Below are positions 9,144 to 18,624 of a stretch of 64,000 nucleotides of DNA, piece by piece. Source of the DNA: Isoptericola halotolerans (GTDB lineage Bacteria; Actinomycetota; Actinomycetes; Actinomycetales; Cellulomonadaceae). The notes under the pieces were generated by a model. The model was not told the DNA's origin. It saw only the letters and a program-made list of their open reading frames with translations, and did no database searches. Made by a program: the position numbers and the translations under genes. The stretch lies in contig NZ_JABEZU010000002.1 in NCBI RefSeq assembly GCF_013149785.1, positions 868,001 to 932,000 of the forward strand. Direction: 5' to 3'. Each line of letters starts with the position of its first letter. Positions within the stretch are counted from its first letter, which is position 1.

Positions 9144-10795
9144 CTCTCCACGTGCCGCTCAAGATCGTCGTCGTCGGCCACGGGATGGTCGGCTCGCGCC
9201 TGGTGGACGAGCTGGTCCGCCGCAGCGCCGAGTCGTTCGACATCACGATCCTGGGCGCCGAGCCGTACGAGCCGTACAACCGGGTGCTGCTGAGCGACGT
9301 GGTCGCCGGCCGGACCGACGTCGCGGCGATCACCATGCCCGAGCCCTCCGGGGAGCACGTGACCACGCTCCGGGGCGTGTCCGCGGTGTCGGTGGACCGT
9401 CGAGCCCGCACGGTGACGGACTCGGCGGGCGCCGTGCACGGCTACGACCATCTCGTGCTCGCGACCGGGTCGCGGGCGAGGGTCTTCCCGGTGCCAGGGC
9501 TGGTGGACGACGACGGCGAGGTGCGGCTGCCGGCGGGCGTGCACGCCCTGCGCACGCTCGACGACGCCCGGGAGATCGTGGCGGCGAGCGTCAACACCCC
9601 CCGCGCGGTCGTGGTCGGCGGCGGGGTGCTGGGCGTCGAGGCGGCCTACGGCCTGGCGGGCCGAGGCCTGCAGGTCACGCTGGTGGACACCGCGCCGGCA
9701 CCGATGGCCCGTCAGCTGGACTCGGCGGCGGGGTCGGTCCTCGCGGCCGGGCTGGAAGCATCCGGGGTGACCCTGCACAGCCGGACCAGCGTGAGCGAGG
9801 TGCTCGTCGCGGGCGGGCGCGCGGTGGGCGTCCGGCTGGCCACCGGCGGCGAGGACGGGGAGGTCGTCGCGGCGCGGCTGGTCGTCCTGACCACGGGGAC
9901 CGTGCCCGAGGCCGGGCTCGCCCGTGACGCCGGCCTGAGCACGGACCGCGGGATCGTCGTCGGGCACGACCTGGCGAGCCCCGACGACCCGCGCGTCTTC
10001 GCGATCGGCGACTGCGCCCAGCCCCCGACGGGCTCCCGGGGCCTCGTCGCCGAAGGGTGGGACCAGGCCCGACGCCTCGCCGACCACCTCTCCTCGCTCG
10101 TCGCGGTCCGGGCCGAGCAGGCCAAGCGGGTCACCGCACCTCGCGAGCACCTGCGGTTCCCCCACGAGGGCGAGCGGCCCTCGATGGCGGTGCGGCTCGG
10201 CACGCTGATCGCCTCGCGCGCGGCCACGGACGCGGGCGTGGACACCCGCGGGACGGACGTGGTGAAGGTCAAGGCCGGATCGCTGAGCATTGTCGCGATG
10301 GGGGTGAGCGGCGCGCGGGACCGGGAGGTGCCGGGTCAGCGGGCCGTGACGCTGCACGACGCCGCGGCGGGCCGCTACGTCGAGGCGGTGGTCGCCGACG
10401 GGATCCTCGTCGGTGCCACCTGCGTCGGGGACCCCCGGGTCGCCGCGGACCTCACGGCCGCCTACACCCGCCGCACCCCGGTCCCGGTGGACCCGGCGTT
10501 CCTGCTCCTGACCCCGGTCATGCCGAGCGCGGAGCCGGCGTCGTCGCCGGAGCACATGCCCGACGACACCACCGTCTGCCGGTGCAACGGCGTCACCAAG
10601 CACGACATCACGCGCTGCTGGGACGACGGCGCCCGCACGCCGGAGGACATCGCGACCGCCACGCGCGCGACGACGGGCTGCGGCAGCTGCCGTGAGGCCG
10701 TGTGCGGGCTGGCGGACTGGCTAGCGGCGAGCCGCGCCGACGGCGGCGAGGCCGCGGACGCGGAGCCCGAGCCGGCCGGTCTCGCCAGCGTGTGA
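9140..10795 (+). CDS. NAD(P)/FAD-dependent electron-transfer subunit of nitrate reductase (NasB-like) with C-terminal BFD 2Fe-2S domain
   Basis: VVVGHGMVG, PYNRVLLS, VVGGGVLG, FAIGDCA, VCRCNGVT...ATTGCGSC. Confidence 0.88.
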   Translation: MTLHVPLKIVVVGHGMVGSRLVDELVRRSAESFDITILGAEPYEPYNRVLLSDVVAGRTDVAAITMPEPSGEHVTTLRGVSAVSVDRRARTVTDSAGAVHGYDHLVLATGSRARVFPVPGLVDDDGEVRLPAGVHALRTLDDAREIVAASVNTPRAVVVGGGVLGVEAAYGLAGRGLQVTLVDTAPAPMARQLDSAAGSVLAAGLEASGVTLHSRTSVSEVLVAGGRAVGVRLATGGEDGEVVAARLVVLTTGTVPEAGLARDAGLSTDRGIVVGHDLASPDDPRVFAIGDCAQPPTGSRGLVAEGWDQARRLADHLSSLVAVRAEQAKRVTAPREHLRFPHEGERPSMAVRLGTLIASRAATDAGVDTRGTDVVKVKAGSLSIVAMGVSGARDREVPGQRAVTLHDAAAGRYVEAVVADGILVGATCVGDPRVAADLTAAYTRRTPVPVDPAFLLLTPVMPSAEPASSPEHMPDDTTVCRCNGVTKHDITRCWDDGARTPEDIATATRATTGCGSCREAVCGLADWLAASRADGGEAADAEPEPAGLASV

Positions 10796-10805
10796 CCACC
10801 CAGCC

Positions 10806-10847
10806 CCGGTGCGCCCGACGCATTCCCCTCGCTGTCGGGCGCACCGG
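10806..10847 (+). terminator. Hairpin downstream of the nas operon
   Basis: 14-bp stem CCGGTGCGCCCGAC / GTCGGGCGCACCGG, no U-tract. Confidence 0.65.
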
Positions 10848-10877
10848 ACTCCAAGCATCCCGGTACGGTGGGTCGGG

Positions 10878-13706
10878 ATGACCAGCGACGACGTGATGGA
10901 TCGCCTCCCCGCGGAGGCTCGTGCCCGTGTGCTCATCGACACCCAGCTCGCCGCCACGGGGTGGGCGGTGCAGGACGCCAAGAACCTGAACCTGTTCGGG
11001 GGTCGCCCGGGCGAGCACGGCGTCGCGGTCCGCGAGGTGGTGATGGCGCCGGGTCACGGCCGGGTGGACTACCTGCTGTACGTGGACAAGAAGGTCGTCG
11101 GGGTCATCGAGGCCAAGCCGGTCGGCACCACGCTGAGCGGGGTGGAGTGGCAGTCCGCGATGTACGCCACCGGCCTGCCGGAGCGGCACCGCAAGCGGGC
11201 GTTCACCGTGGGCGGTCGGATCCCGTTCGTCTTCGAGGCGTCTGGCAGCGAGACGCACTTCACCAACGGCTACGACCCTGACCCGCGGGCACGCCGGCTC
11301 TTCGCGTTCCCCCGGCCGTCCACGCTGGCGCGCCTGGTCCGGGACGCCGAGACCGACCCGGACCGCCCGACCTGGCGGGCCAAGGTGCGCTCGATGCCGC
11401 CGCTCGACGTCGAGAGCCTGCGGCCGGCGCAGATCGACGCGATCACCAACGCGGAGCGGTCGCTGGCCGCGCAGCGGTCGGACCGCTCGCTGGTGCAGAT
11501 GGCCACGGGCGCGGGCAAGACCTTCGCCGCCGTCACGCTGTCCTACCGGCTGCTCAAGCACGCCGGGTTCCGTCGCATCCTCTTCCTGGTCGACCGCAAC
11601 AATCTCGGCGACCAGACGGCGGGGGAGTTCTCCAACTACGCGACGCCGGACGACGGGCGGCGGTTCACGGAGATCTACAGCGTCCAGAAGCTGCAGGCGG
11701 CGGGGATGCTGGCGAGCTCCGACGTCGTGATATCCACCATCCAACGTGTCCACTCGGTGCTGCGCGGCAAGGACGTTCCCGAGGGTGACGACCCGCAGCT
11801 CGACGACTGGGTGCCGGACGAGCCCGTGACGGTGCAGTACAGCCCTGAGATACCGCCGGAGTCTTTCGACCTGGTGATCGTGGACGAGGCACATCGGTCA
11901 ATCTACGGCGTGTGGCGCGGGGTGCTGGAGTACTTCGACGCGCACGTCCTGGGCTTGACGGCGACGCCGGGCAAGCAGACGTTCGCGTTCTTCCGCCAGA
12001 ACCTCGTCTCCCAGTACACGTACACCGAGTCCGTGGCAGACGGCGTGAACGTCGACTTCGACATCTACCGGATCCGCACCCAGGTGTCGGAGCACGGCGC
12101 GACAATCGAGGCGGGCACACACGTACCAAAGGTGGACCGCCGAACTCGTGTGCAGCGCATCGAGGCCATCGACGAGACGCTGGAGTACAAGCGCTCGCAG
12201 CTCGACCGGGCGGTGACGAACGTCAACCAGATCCGCCTGGTGCTGGAGACGTTCCGCGACCGGCTGTTCACCGAGATCTTCCCGGGCCGCACGACCGTGC
12301 CGAAGACACTGATCTTCTGCAAGGACGATGCGCATGCCGAGGAAGTCGTGACGCAGGTGCGGCAGGTGTTCGGCAAGGGCAACGACTTTGCCGCGAAGAT
12401 CACGTACCAGGCCAAGGACCCGAAGGGTCATCTCCAGGCATTCCGTACCTCGGCGAGCCTGCGGGTCGCGGTCACGGTGGACATGATCGCCACCGGCACG
12501 GACGTGAAGCCGCTGGAGTGTGTGTTCTTCCTGCGTGACGTACGCAGCGCCCAGTACTTCGAGCAGATGAAGGGCCGCGGCGCGCGCACGATCGCATCGG
12601 CAGACTTCCAGGCAGTGACACCCGACGACGGCGCGACGGCGAAGACACGGTTCGTCATCGTCGACGCGGTCGGCGTCACGGAGCACGACTTCGTGGACCC
12701 TCCGCTGAACCGGGACCGGTCGGCCTCGCTGGAGCAGTTGCTGAAAAAGGCGGCGAGCCTCACCATCACCGAGCCGGAGACGGCGACCCTCGCGTCGCGG
12801 CTCTCGGCGCTGGAGCTGCAGCTCACGCCGTCCGAGCGGGCGGAGCTCGACGGCGTCGCGAGGCAGCCGCTCAAGCAGATCGCACGCGGGCTGGTCGATG
12901 CCGTCGACCCTGAGATCCAGCAGGACCGGCTCACCGAGGAGAGCGCGGCGGCGCTCGCGGCGGGGGATCCTGAGCCGACGATCGAGGATGTGGCCGAGCG
13001 GATGATCGAGGCGGCGATCGAGCCGCTGGCCGCTAACCCCGAGTTGCGCACCCGCATCCTGGAACTGCGCCGCCAGCACGACCTGATCATCGACGACGTC
13101 AACCCCGACGTCCTTGAAGACGCGTACGGCGTGGTCGATCCTCACCGGGCATGGACTGTGGTGGAGTCCTGGTTCGAGTACCTCACCGAGCACCGGGACG
13201 AGATCGCCGCGATCCAGGTGCTGCAGGAAGCGAAGGACGGTGGTGCACGACGCTCGGGCGTGACGTTCGAGCAGGTACAGGAACTTGCCGACCGTATCGC
13301 CCGGCCACCGCACCGCTGGACGCCCGACATCCTGTGGGCCGCGTACGAGCAGGTGGCGAAGGGTCGCGTACGTCACAACGCGCGGGCGCAGATCACGGAC
13401 CTGGTCTCGCTCCTGCGGTTTACGCTGCAGGCCGACGACGAGCTGGTCCCGTACGCCGACAGGGTGTCGGAGCGGTACGCGGGCTGGCTGGCGCAGCAAC
13501 AGCAAGCCGGGGTCGTCTTCACTCCGCAACAGAGGTGGTGGCTCGACAACATGGCGACTGTGATCGCCCACTCCGCAGGCATTGACGCCGACGATCTGGA
13601 TGAGGCCCCGTTCACCGAGCGTGGCGGTGTCGACGGTGCGCTCCGGGATCTGGGCGATGATGCTGGGGAGCTGCTCAACGAGTTGAACCGGGAGCTCACC
13701 GCGTGA
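10878..13706 (+). CDS. hsdR: Type I restriction endonuclease subunit R
   Basis: Nuclease motif VDYLLY...VIEAK, Walker A MATGAGKT, IVDEAHRS, GLTATP, VDMIATGTD, QMKGRGAR; ATG 10878 follows a TACGGT -10-like hexamer. Confidence 0.93.
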   Translation: MTSDDVMDRLPAEARARVLIDTQLAATGWAVQDAKNLNLFGGRPGEHGVAVREVVMAPGHGRVDYLLYVDKKVVGVIEAKPVGTTLSGVEWQSAMYATGLPERHRKRAFTVGGRIPFVFEASGSETHFTNGYDPDPRARRLFAFPRPSTLARLVRDAETDPDRPTWRAKVRSMPPLDVESLRPAQIDAITNAERSLAAQRSDRSLVQMATGAGKTFAAVTLSYRLLKHAGFRRILFLVDRNNLGDQTAGEFSNYATPDDGRRFTEIYSVQKLQAAGMLASSDVVISTIQRVHSVLRGKDVPEGDDPQLDDWVPDEPVTVQYSPEIPPESFDLVIVDEAHRSIYGVWRGVLEYFDAHVLGLTATPGKQTFAFFRQNLVSQYTYTESVADGVNVDFDIYRIRTQVSEHGATIEAGTHVPKVDRRTRVQRIEAIDETLEYKRSQLDRAVTNVNQIRLVLETFRDRLFTEIFPGRTTVPKTLIFCKDDAHAEEVVTQVRQVFGKGNDFAAKITYQAKDPKGHLQAFRTSASLRVAVTVDMIATGTDVKPLECVFFLRDVRSAQYFEQMKGRGARTIASADFQAVTPDDGATAKTRFVIVDAVGVTEHDFVDPPLNRDRSASLEQLLKKAASLTITEPETATLASRLSALELQLTPSERAELDGVARQPLKQIARGLVDAVDPEIQQDRLTEESAAALAAGDPEPTIEDVAERMIEAAIEPLAANPELRTRILELRRQHDLIIDDVNPDVLEDAYGVVDPHRAWTVVESWFEYLTEHRDEIAAIQVLQEAKDGGARRSGVTFEQVQELADRIARPPHRWTPDILWAAYEQVAKGRVRHNARAQITDLVSLLRFTLQADDELVPYADRVSERYAGWLAQQQQAGVVFTPQQRWWLDNMATVIAHSAGIDADDLDEAPFTERGGVDGALRDLGDDAGELLNELNRELTA

Positions 13707-14965
13707 TCGAGGTGCCGGCCGGGTGGTCGAGCGCGCCGTTGGGTGACGTCTGCAAGGTCGTGTCGGGCGGAACACCGAAGACCGCCGTAGATCGTTTCTG
13801 GGGTGGCGAAGTTCCCTGGATCACTCCTGCCGATATGTCGCGCGATCGGTCCCAGGTGCTGTATTCCGGGGCTCGCTCGTTGTCCGACGAGGGGTACAGA
13901 TCGTGCGGCGCGACTCTTGTTCCGGAAGGCTCGGTAGTGGTCAGTTCCCGAGCCCCGGTCGGGTACGTAGCCATCGCAGGCCAGGAACTCAGCACGAACC
14001 AAGGTTGCAAGACTGCCGTTCCACCGTCGGGCATCGACTCGAAATACCTCTACTGGTTCCTAGTTGCGGCCAAGCCCGATCTCGAGGCGCGCGCCAGCGG
14101 GACGACGTTCAAAGAGATCTCCGCGAAGCGGTTCGCGGAAACGAGACTGTGGTGGCCTGAGCCGTCGGAGCAGGAGCGGATCGTCGAGATCCTTGAGGAC
14201 CACCTCTCCCGCCTCGACGCTGGGGTGGACTACCTGCACGCGGTGCACAAGCGAGCAAACTCTCTGCGTCAGGCGTATCGACAGTCCGCGCTGGACGAGT
14301 TCGGTGCCGAACTCGTGCCGCTCGGCGACCTGGTCGCGAAGGTAGAGGCGGGCAGGTCCCTCGGTGGTGCTGCCCCGCCGGCGGCCGCGGACGAGTGGGG
14401 CATCATCAAGGTCAGTGCGATGACGTGGGGCGAGTTCCGTCCCAACGAGAACAAGCTCATCCCCGCAGAGAAGGCGAACGCCCGATACGAGATTCTGCCG
14501 GGCGACCTGCTCGTCAGTCGTGCCAACACATCGGCTTACGTGGGGGCGAGCGTCCTTGTGAAGGAGGCCAGACCGCGCCTGCTGCTCAGCGACAAGAGTC
14601 TTCGCCTCATGCCTGCGCCAGGCGTGTCCGCTGAGTGGCTCCACGAGGTGCTCCAGGCCCCCGGATCCCGCGATCAGATCTCACGGTTGGCGACGGGTAC
14701 GAAGGACTCGATGCGCAACATCTCGCAGAAGGCCCTGCTGTCGATCCAGGTTCCCGTGATGGATGAGGATGCACAGACCGCCGTCGTCGAACGCTGTGCT
14801 CGGTCGGCCGAGATGGTTGGGACCGTTGTTGATGCCGTAGATCGGGAGCTCCGCCGGGCTGACCGCCTCCGCCGCTCCCTCCTGATCGCCGCGTTCTCCG
14901 GCCGCATGACGGGCGCGTCGTCGGACGTGGACCGCGTGGAGGAACTCGCGGAGGCGATGGCGTGA
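13703..14965 (+). CDS. hsdS: Type I restriction-modification specificity subunit S
   Basis: PAGWSSAPLGDVC..SGGTP, TNQG, P..SEQERIVEILE linker helix, second TRD, LRRSLLIAAFSG; GTGA overlap with hsdR stop. Confidence 0.92.
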   Translation: MIEVPAGWSSAPLGDVCKVVSGGTPKTAVDRFWGGEVPWITPADMSRDRSQVLYSGARSLSDEGYRSCGATLVPEGSVVVSSRAPVGYVAIAGQELSTNQGCKTAVPPSGIDSKYLYWFLVAAKPDLEARASGTTFKEISAKRFAETRLWWPEPSEQERIVEILEDHLSRLDAGVDYLHAVHKRANSLRQAYRQSALDEFGAELVPLGDLVAKVEAGRSLGGAAPPAAADEWGIIKVSAMTWGEFRPNENKLIPAEKANARYEILPGDLLVSRANTSAYVGASVLVKEARPRLLLSDKSLRLMPAPGVSAEWLHEVLQAPGSRDQISRLATGTKDSMRNISQKALLSIQVPVMDEDAQTAVVERCARSAEMVGTVVDAVDRELRRADRLRRSLLIAAFSGRMTGASSDVDRVEELAEAMA

Positions 14966-15905
14966 TGGTGCGCACTCCAGGCAAGCAGGTGCGGCTGTTC
15001 CTGGTCGACGGCACACCCGGTGGCCTGATGACGGCCGAGATCATGAACTGGACGGGCCACGTGCTGCGCGGCAAGCACGACAAGCTGGGGGAGATCCGCC
15101 GTCGTCCGGAGGCACAGCGCACGTGTGTGTACATCCTGCTGAGCGACGACCCGGAGACCACCGGCGGTCGGCGTGCGTACATCGGTCAGAGCGACGACGT
15201 CGCGAGCCGGTTGACGCAGCACGACGCGCACAAGGAATTCTGGGACGAGGTCGTGCTGGTGACGTCCAAGGATGCCAACCTCACGAGCGCGCACGTGCGG
15301 TATCTGGAGGCGCGACTGGTCGCATTGGCGAAGGTGACTGGCCGTGCGCCGTTGCTCAACGGCAACGCGCCGACGGGTGGAGCACCCCTCCCCGAGGCAG
15401 ACGCCTCGGACATGGACTACTTCATCGAGCAGCTGCGGATCCTCTTGCCGGTCCTCGGGATCGACCTGTTCCGTGGCCGTGACGTCTCGCCGTCGACCAC
15501 GCGCAGTGCCACGCCGGCGGACATGGTGGCAACCGACGCTGCGACGTCGCCGGTGTTCCACCTCCGCAACCGCAAGCATGGCGTCGACGCGCGTGCCCAG
15601 CAGGTGGATGGTGTATTCACCGTGCTGACCGGATCGCGTATCCGGGCATCGATGCCGCCGCGCGCGGGCCACGGGACGAGCACCGCTCGTCAGTGCGCGG
15701 CTCGTCAGGAGCGGCACGCACAGCTGATCGCCGACGGGTCCGCGCACGTCGAGGGCACGTCGCGACGCTCATCCGCGACGTGGTCTTCAGCTCGTCGTCC
15801 GCCGCAGGAGCGGTGGTGCAGGGTGCCACGTCGGCCAACGGGCGCAAGGCATGGGTGGCGGACGACGGGACGACATTCGGGGGATGGGAGGACCGGGGCG
15901 TCTGA
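14965..15905 (+). pseudogene. GIY-YIG nuclease/DUF4357 protein with apparent 1-bp frameshift near 15752-15757
   Basis: LFLVDGTPGG..AEIMNWTG, CVYILL, AYIGQSD, RLTQHD..KEFWD, YLEARL; the DUF4357-like tail (RDVVFSSSSAAGAVVQG.SANGRKAW) lies in another frame ending at TGA 15905. Confidence 0.8.
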
Positions 15906-15911
15906 TTCCGG

Positions 15912-15957
15912 TATTCGAACGTTCCGAAAGCGCGTACGATTGCTGCACTGAAGGAGG
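15912..15957 (+). promoter_or_regulatory. Probable internal promoter and RBS for the HTH-PIN-hsdM unit
   Basis: AT-richer spacer, TACGAT -10 at 15935-15940, AAGGAGG at 15951-15957, repeated TCGAA/CCGAA upstream. Confidence 0.55.
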
Positions 15958-15962
15958 TCAAC

Positions 15963-16487
15963 ATGGCTGCCAGGTCGGTTGTTGCAGAGACGTACGTACC
16001 GCACGAGAGTGACAGCGCGCTCGCTGACGTGCGGAGCTTCATGGCCGCCCACGAGAGCAAGCACGGCAGCGCGCCGAACTCTCGCTTCCTCTTGGTCGGT
16101 GACAGCGAAGGCGACCAGGTCGAGCTGCCCGAGACGCTCTACCTGGTGCTCCGGCAGGCGGTCGATGCGATGGCCGCGGGCAAGGCCGTCACGATCAGCC
16201 TCCAGGAGCCACAACTCACCACCCAACAGGCGGCTGACCTCCTGGGGGTCTCCAGGCCGACGGTCGTCCGGCTCGTCGAGTCCGGTGAGCTGTCGGCGGA
16301 ACGCGTGGGATCCCGTCGGCGGCTCGCGCTCGGTGACGTGCTCGCCTACCGGGAGAAGCGCCGTCGCCGCCAGTACGCGATGCTCGAGGCGACCTCGGTC
16401 GACCTGGATGATGAGGAGAACCCCGAGCTGATGATCGAAAGGCTCCGGGAAGCCCGCAAGGCCGTGGCCGGCAAGCGGGACGCCTGA
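15963..16487 (+). CDS. Excisionase-family helix-turn-helix protein, probable antitoxin
   Basis: LTTQQAADLLGVSRPTVVRLVESGEL....VGSRRRL...DVLAY motif; sits directly upstream of a PIN gene. Confidence 0.85.
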   Translation: MAARSVVAETYVPHESDSALADVRSFMAAHESKHGSAPNSRFLLVGDSEGDQVELPETLYLVLRQAVDAMAAGKAVTISLQEPQLTTQQAADLLGVSRPTVVRLVESGELSAERVGSRRRLALGDVLAYREKRRRRQYAMLEATSVDLDDEENPELMIERLREARKAVAGKRDA

Positions 16488-16493
16488 GCCGAC

Positions 16494-17090
16494 GTGTTTA
16501 CCGCGCTCCTCGACACCTCCGTTCTCTGGCCGAGCCTGCAACGCGACGTCCTGCTCTCGATGGCGGCCGAAGGCCTCTACCGGCCCATCTGGTCCACCGC
16601 CGTCCTGCAAGAGTTGACGTGGGCGGAAGAGGCCAAACGTGTGCGCCGCGGCGCCACCCCGAAGAAGGCGCACGCAGCAGCTGAATGGCTCGTCACACAG
16701 ATGACCCAAGCCTTTGACGATTCGTGCGTGCAGGGCTGGGAACCGCTCGTCGGTTCCTACGGCCTGCCCGACCCCGACGACGAGCATCTGGTGGCCGCAG
16801 CGGTCGTCGGCGGCGCCGGTGTGATCGTGTCGAGCAACCTCAAGGACCTCCCGGAAGATCGGCTGCCCGAAGGAATCGGCGCAGTCTCGGCGGCGCGATT
16901 CGCCGCCGACACGGTCTCGGTGTCACCGGGGTTCGCGCTGCGGGCGCTCGAGAACATCGCACAGCGCTACCAGAACCCGGCCCGGACGGTGCGCGAGCTC
17001 GTGGCCACGCTCGAGGCACGGTACGACATGACAGACGCGGCGACCCTCCTGGTCGCCGCCTTGGAACGTGAGGAGGACCGGCATGGCTGA
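16494..17090 (+). CDS. PIN-domain protein (PIN_3/VapC-like), probable toxin
   Basis: ALLDTSVL, YRPIWS..VLQE, LPDPDDEHLVAAA, IVSSNLKDLP carry the PIN acidic residues. Confidence 0.88.
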   Translation: MFTALLDTSVLWPSLQRDVLLSMAAEGLYRPIWSTAVLQELTWAEEAKRVRRGATPKKAHAAAEWLVTQMTQAFDDSCVQGWEPLVGSYGLPDPDDEHLVAAAVVGGAGVIVSSNLKDLPEDRLPEGIGAVSAARFAADTVSVSPGFALRALENIAQRYQNPARTVRELVATLEARYDMTDAATLLVAALEREEDRHG

Positions 17091-18570
17091 CGCTCGCCGT
17101 CTGGTCGACAAGATGTGGTCGTACGCGAACGTGCTGCGCGACGACGGCGTCGGCGTCATCGAGTACACCGAGCAGTTGACGTACCTGCTGTTCCTCAAGA
17201 TGGCGCACGAGCGCGCCACTCGGAAGCTCAAGCCGGAGCGCGTGGTACCCGAGCGGTACTCGTGGCAGCGCTTGCTCGACGCCGACGGTGCCGCGCTCGA
17301 GACCGAGTACACGCTCATCCTGCAGGGACTGGGCCGTCAGCCCGGCACGCTCGGCACGATCTTCCGCAAGGCGCAGAACCGGATCCAGGACCCCGCCAAG
17401 CTGAAGCGGCTGATCCACGACCTCATCGACAAGGAGAACTGGTCGCAGTCCGGAACGGACATCAACGGCGACGCCTACGAGTCGCTGCTGTCCAAGGGCG
17501 CCAGCGACAAGGGTTCGGGTGCGGGCCAGTACTTCACGCCGCGGTCCATCATCTCGGCGATGGTCGATGTCGTGCAGCCCACCGTCGCGGACAGTGTGGT
17601 GGACCCAGCCTGCGGAACAGGCGGGTTCCTCCTCGCCGCGCACGAGTACGCCGCGCGCGACGCAGGGTCGATGACGCCGCCACAACGCGACCACCTGCGG
17701 GACACGTTCGTGCACGGAGTGGAGCTGGTGGACGGCACCGCGCGCCTGGCCGCGATGAACCTGTTGCTGCACGGCATCGGCGACGCCAACGGCGAGTCCG
17801 TGATCGAGGTCAAGGACGCGCTCATCGCCGACCCCGTGCGCCGCTGGTCCGTCGTCCTCGCCAACCCGCCGTTCGGCACCAAGTCGTCGGTCACGATGGT
17901 GGGCGCCGACGGCCGGGAGGCCCGCGAGGAGCGCGAGATCGAACGCCAGGACTTCGTCGTTACGACGTCCAACAAGCAGCTCAACTTCCTGCAGCACATC
18001 ATGACGATCCTCGACATCAACGGACGGGGCGCCGTCGTGCTGCCCGACAACGTGCTGTTCGAGGGGGGCGCCGGCGAGACGCTCCGCCGTCGGCTGCTAC
18101 GAGACTTCGACCTGCACACCCTGCTGCGACTGCCCACCGGCGTCTTCTATGCCCAGGGCGTCAAGGCGAACGTGCTGTTCTTCGACAAGAAGCCCGCGTC
18201 CGAGACGCCGTGGACGTCGAAGCTCTGGGTGTACGACATGCGCACCAACCAGCACTTCACGCTCAAGCAGAACCCGCTGACCCGTGCGCACCTGGACGAC
18301 TTCGTCACCCGCGCTGCCGGGCCGCGCGAGCATCGGGTGGAGTCGGAGCGGTTCACAGCGTTCGCCTACGACGAGCTCGTCGCGCGTGACAAGGTCAACC
18401 TCGACATCACCTGGTTGCGCGACGAGTCGCTGGAGGACCTGGACGACCTGCCTGCGCCGGACGTCATCGCCCGCGAGATCGTCGAGGACCTCACCGCCGC
18501 ACTGGAGGAGTTCGCCGCCGTCGCGGAATCGTTGGAGGCGGCGCGCAGCAGCGACCCCGTGTCCAGCTGA
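17083..18570 (+). CDS. hsdM: Type I restriction-modification N6-adenine methyltransferase subunit M
   Basis: YTEQLTYLLFLKM, GQYFTPR, motif I DPACGTGGFL, motif IV ANPPF, VVLPDNVLF; AGGAGG RBS. Confidence 0.95.
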   Translation: MADARRLVDKMWSYANVLRDDGVGVIEYTEQLTYLLFLKMAHERATRKLKPERVVPERYSWQRLLDADGAALETEYTLILQGLGRQPGTLGTIFRKAQNRIQDPAKLKRLIHDLIDKENWSQSGTDINGDAYESLLSKGASDKGSGAGQYFTPRSIISAMVDVVQPTVADSVVDPACGTGGFLLAAHEYAARDAGSMTPPQRDHLRDTFVHGVELVDGTARLAAMNLLLHGIGDANGESVIEVKDALIADPVRRWSVVLANPPFGTKSSVTMVGADGREAREEREIERQDFVVTTSNKQLNFLQHIMTILDINGRGAVVLPDNVLFEGGAGETLRRRLLRDFDLHTLLRLPTGVFYAQGVKANVLFFDKKPASETPWTSKLWVYDMRTNQHFTLKQNPLTRAHLDDFVTRAAGPREHRVESERFTAFAYDELVARDKVNLDITWLRDESLEDLDDLPAPDVIAREIVEDLTAALEEFAAVAESLEAARSSDPVSS

Positions 18571-18572
18571 CC

Positions 18573-18608
18573 TCGGCTCTGCGGCAGCCCCCGCTGCCGC
18601 AGAGCCGA
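18573..18608. terminator. Bidirectional hairpin between convergent hsdM and mannanase
   Basis: Perfect 16-bp stem TCGGCTCTGCGGCAGC / GCTGCCGCAGAGCCGA, CCCC loop. Confidence 0.8.
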
Positions 18609-18624
18609 AGGCCCTTCCTGCCGG

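Noticed and set aside
15963..16487. Excisionase-like gene as evidence of a prophage or ICE
   Set aside because: No integrase, att repeat or phage genes; pairing with PIN fits an antitoxin
10796..18624. Target-site duplication or terminal repeats bounding the R-M island
   Set aside because: The flanking hairpins are unrelated in sequence and no direct repeat was found by eye
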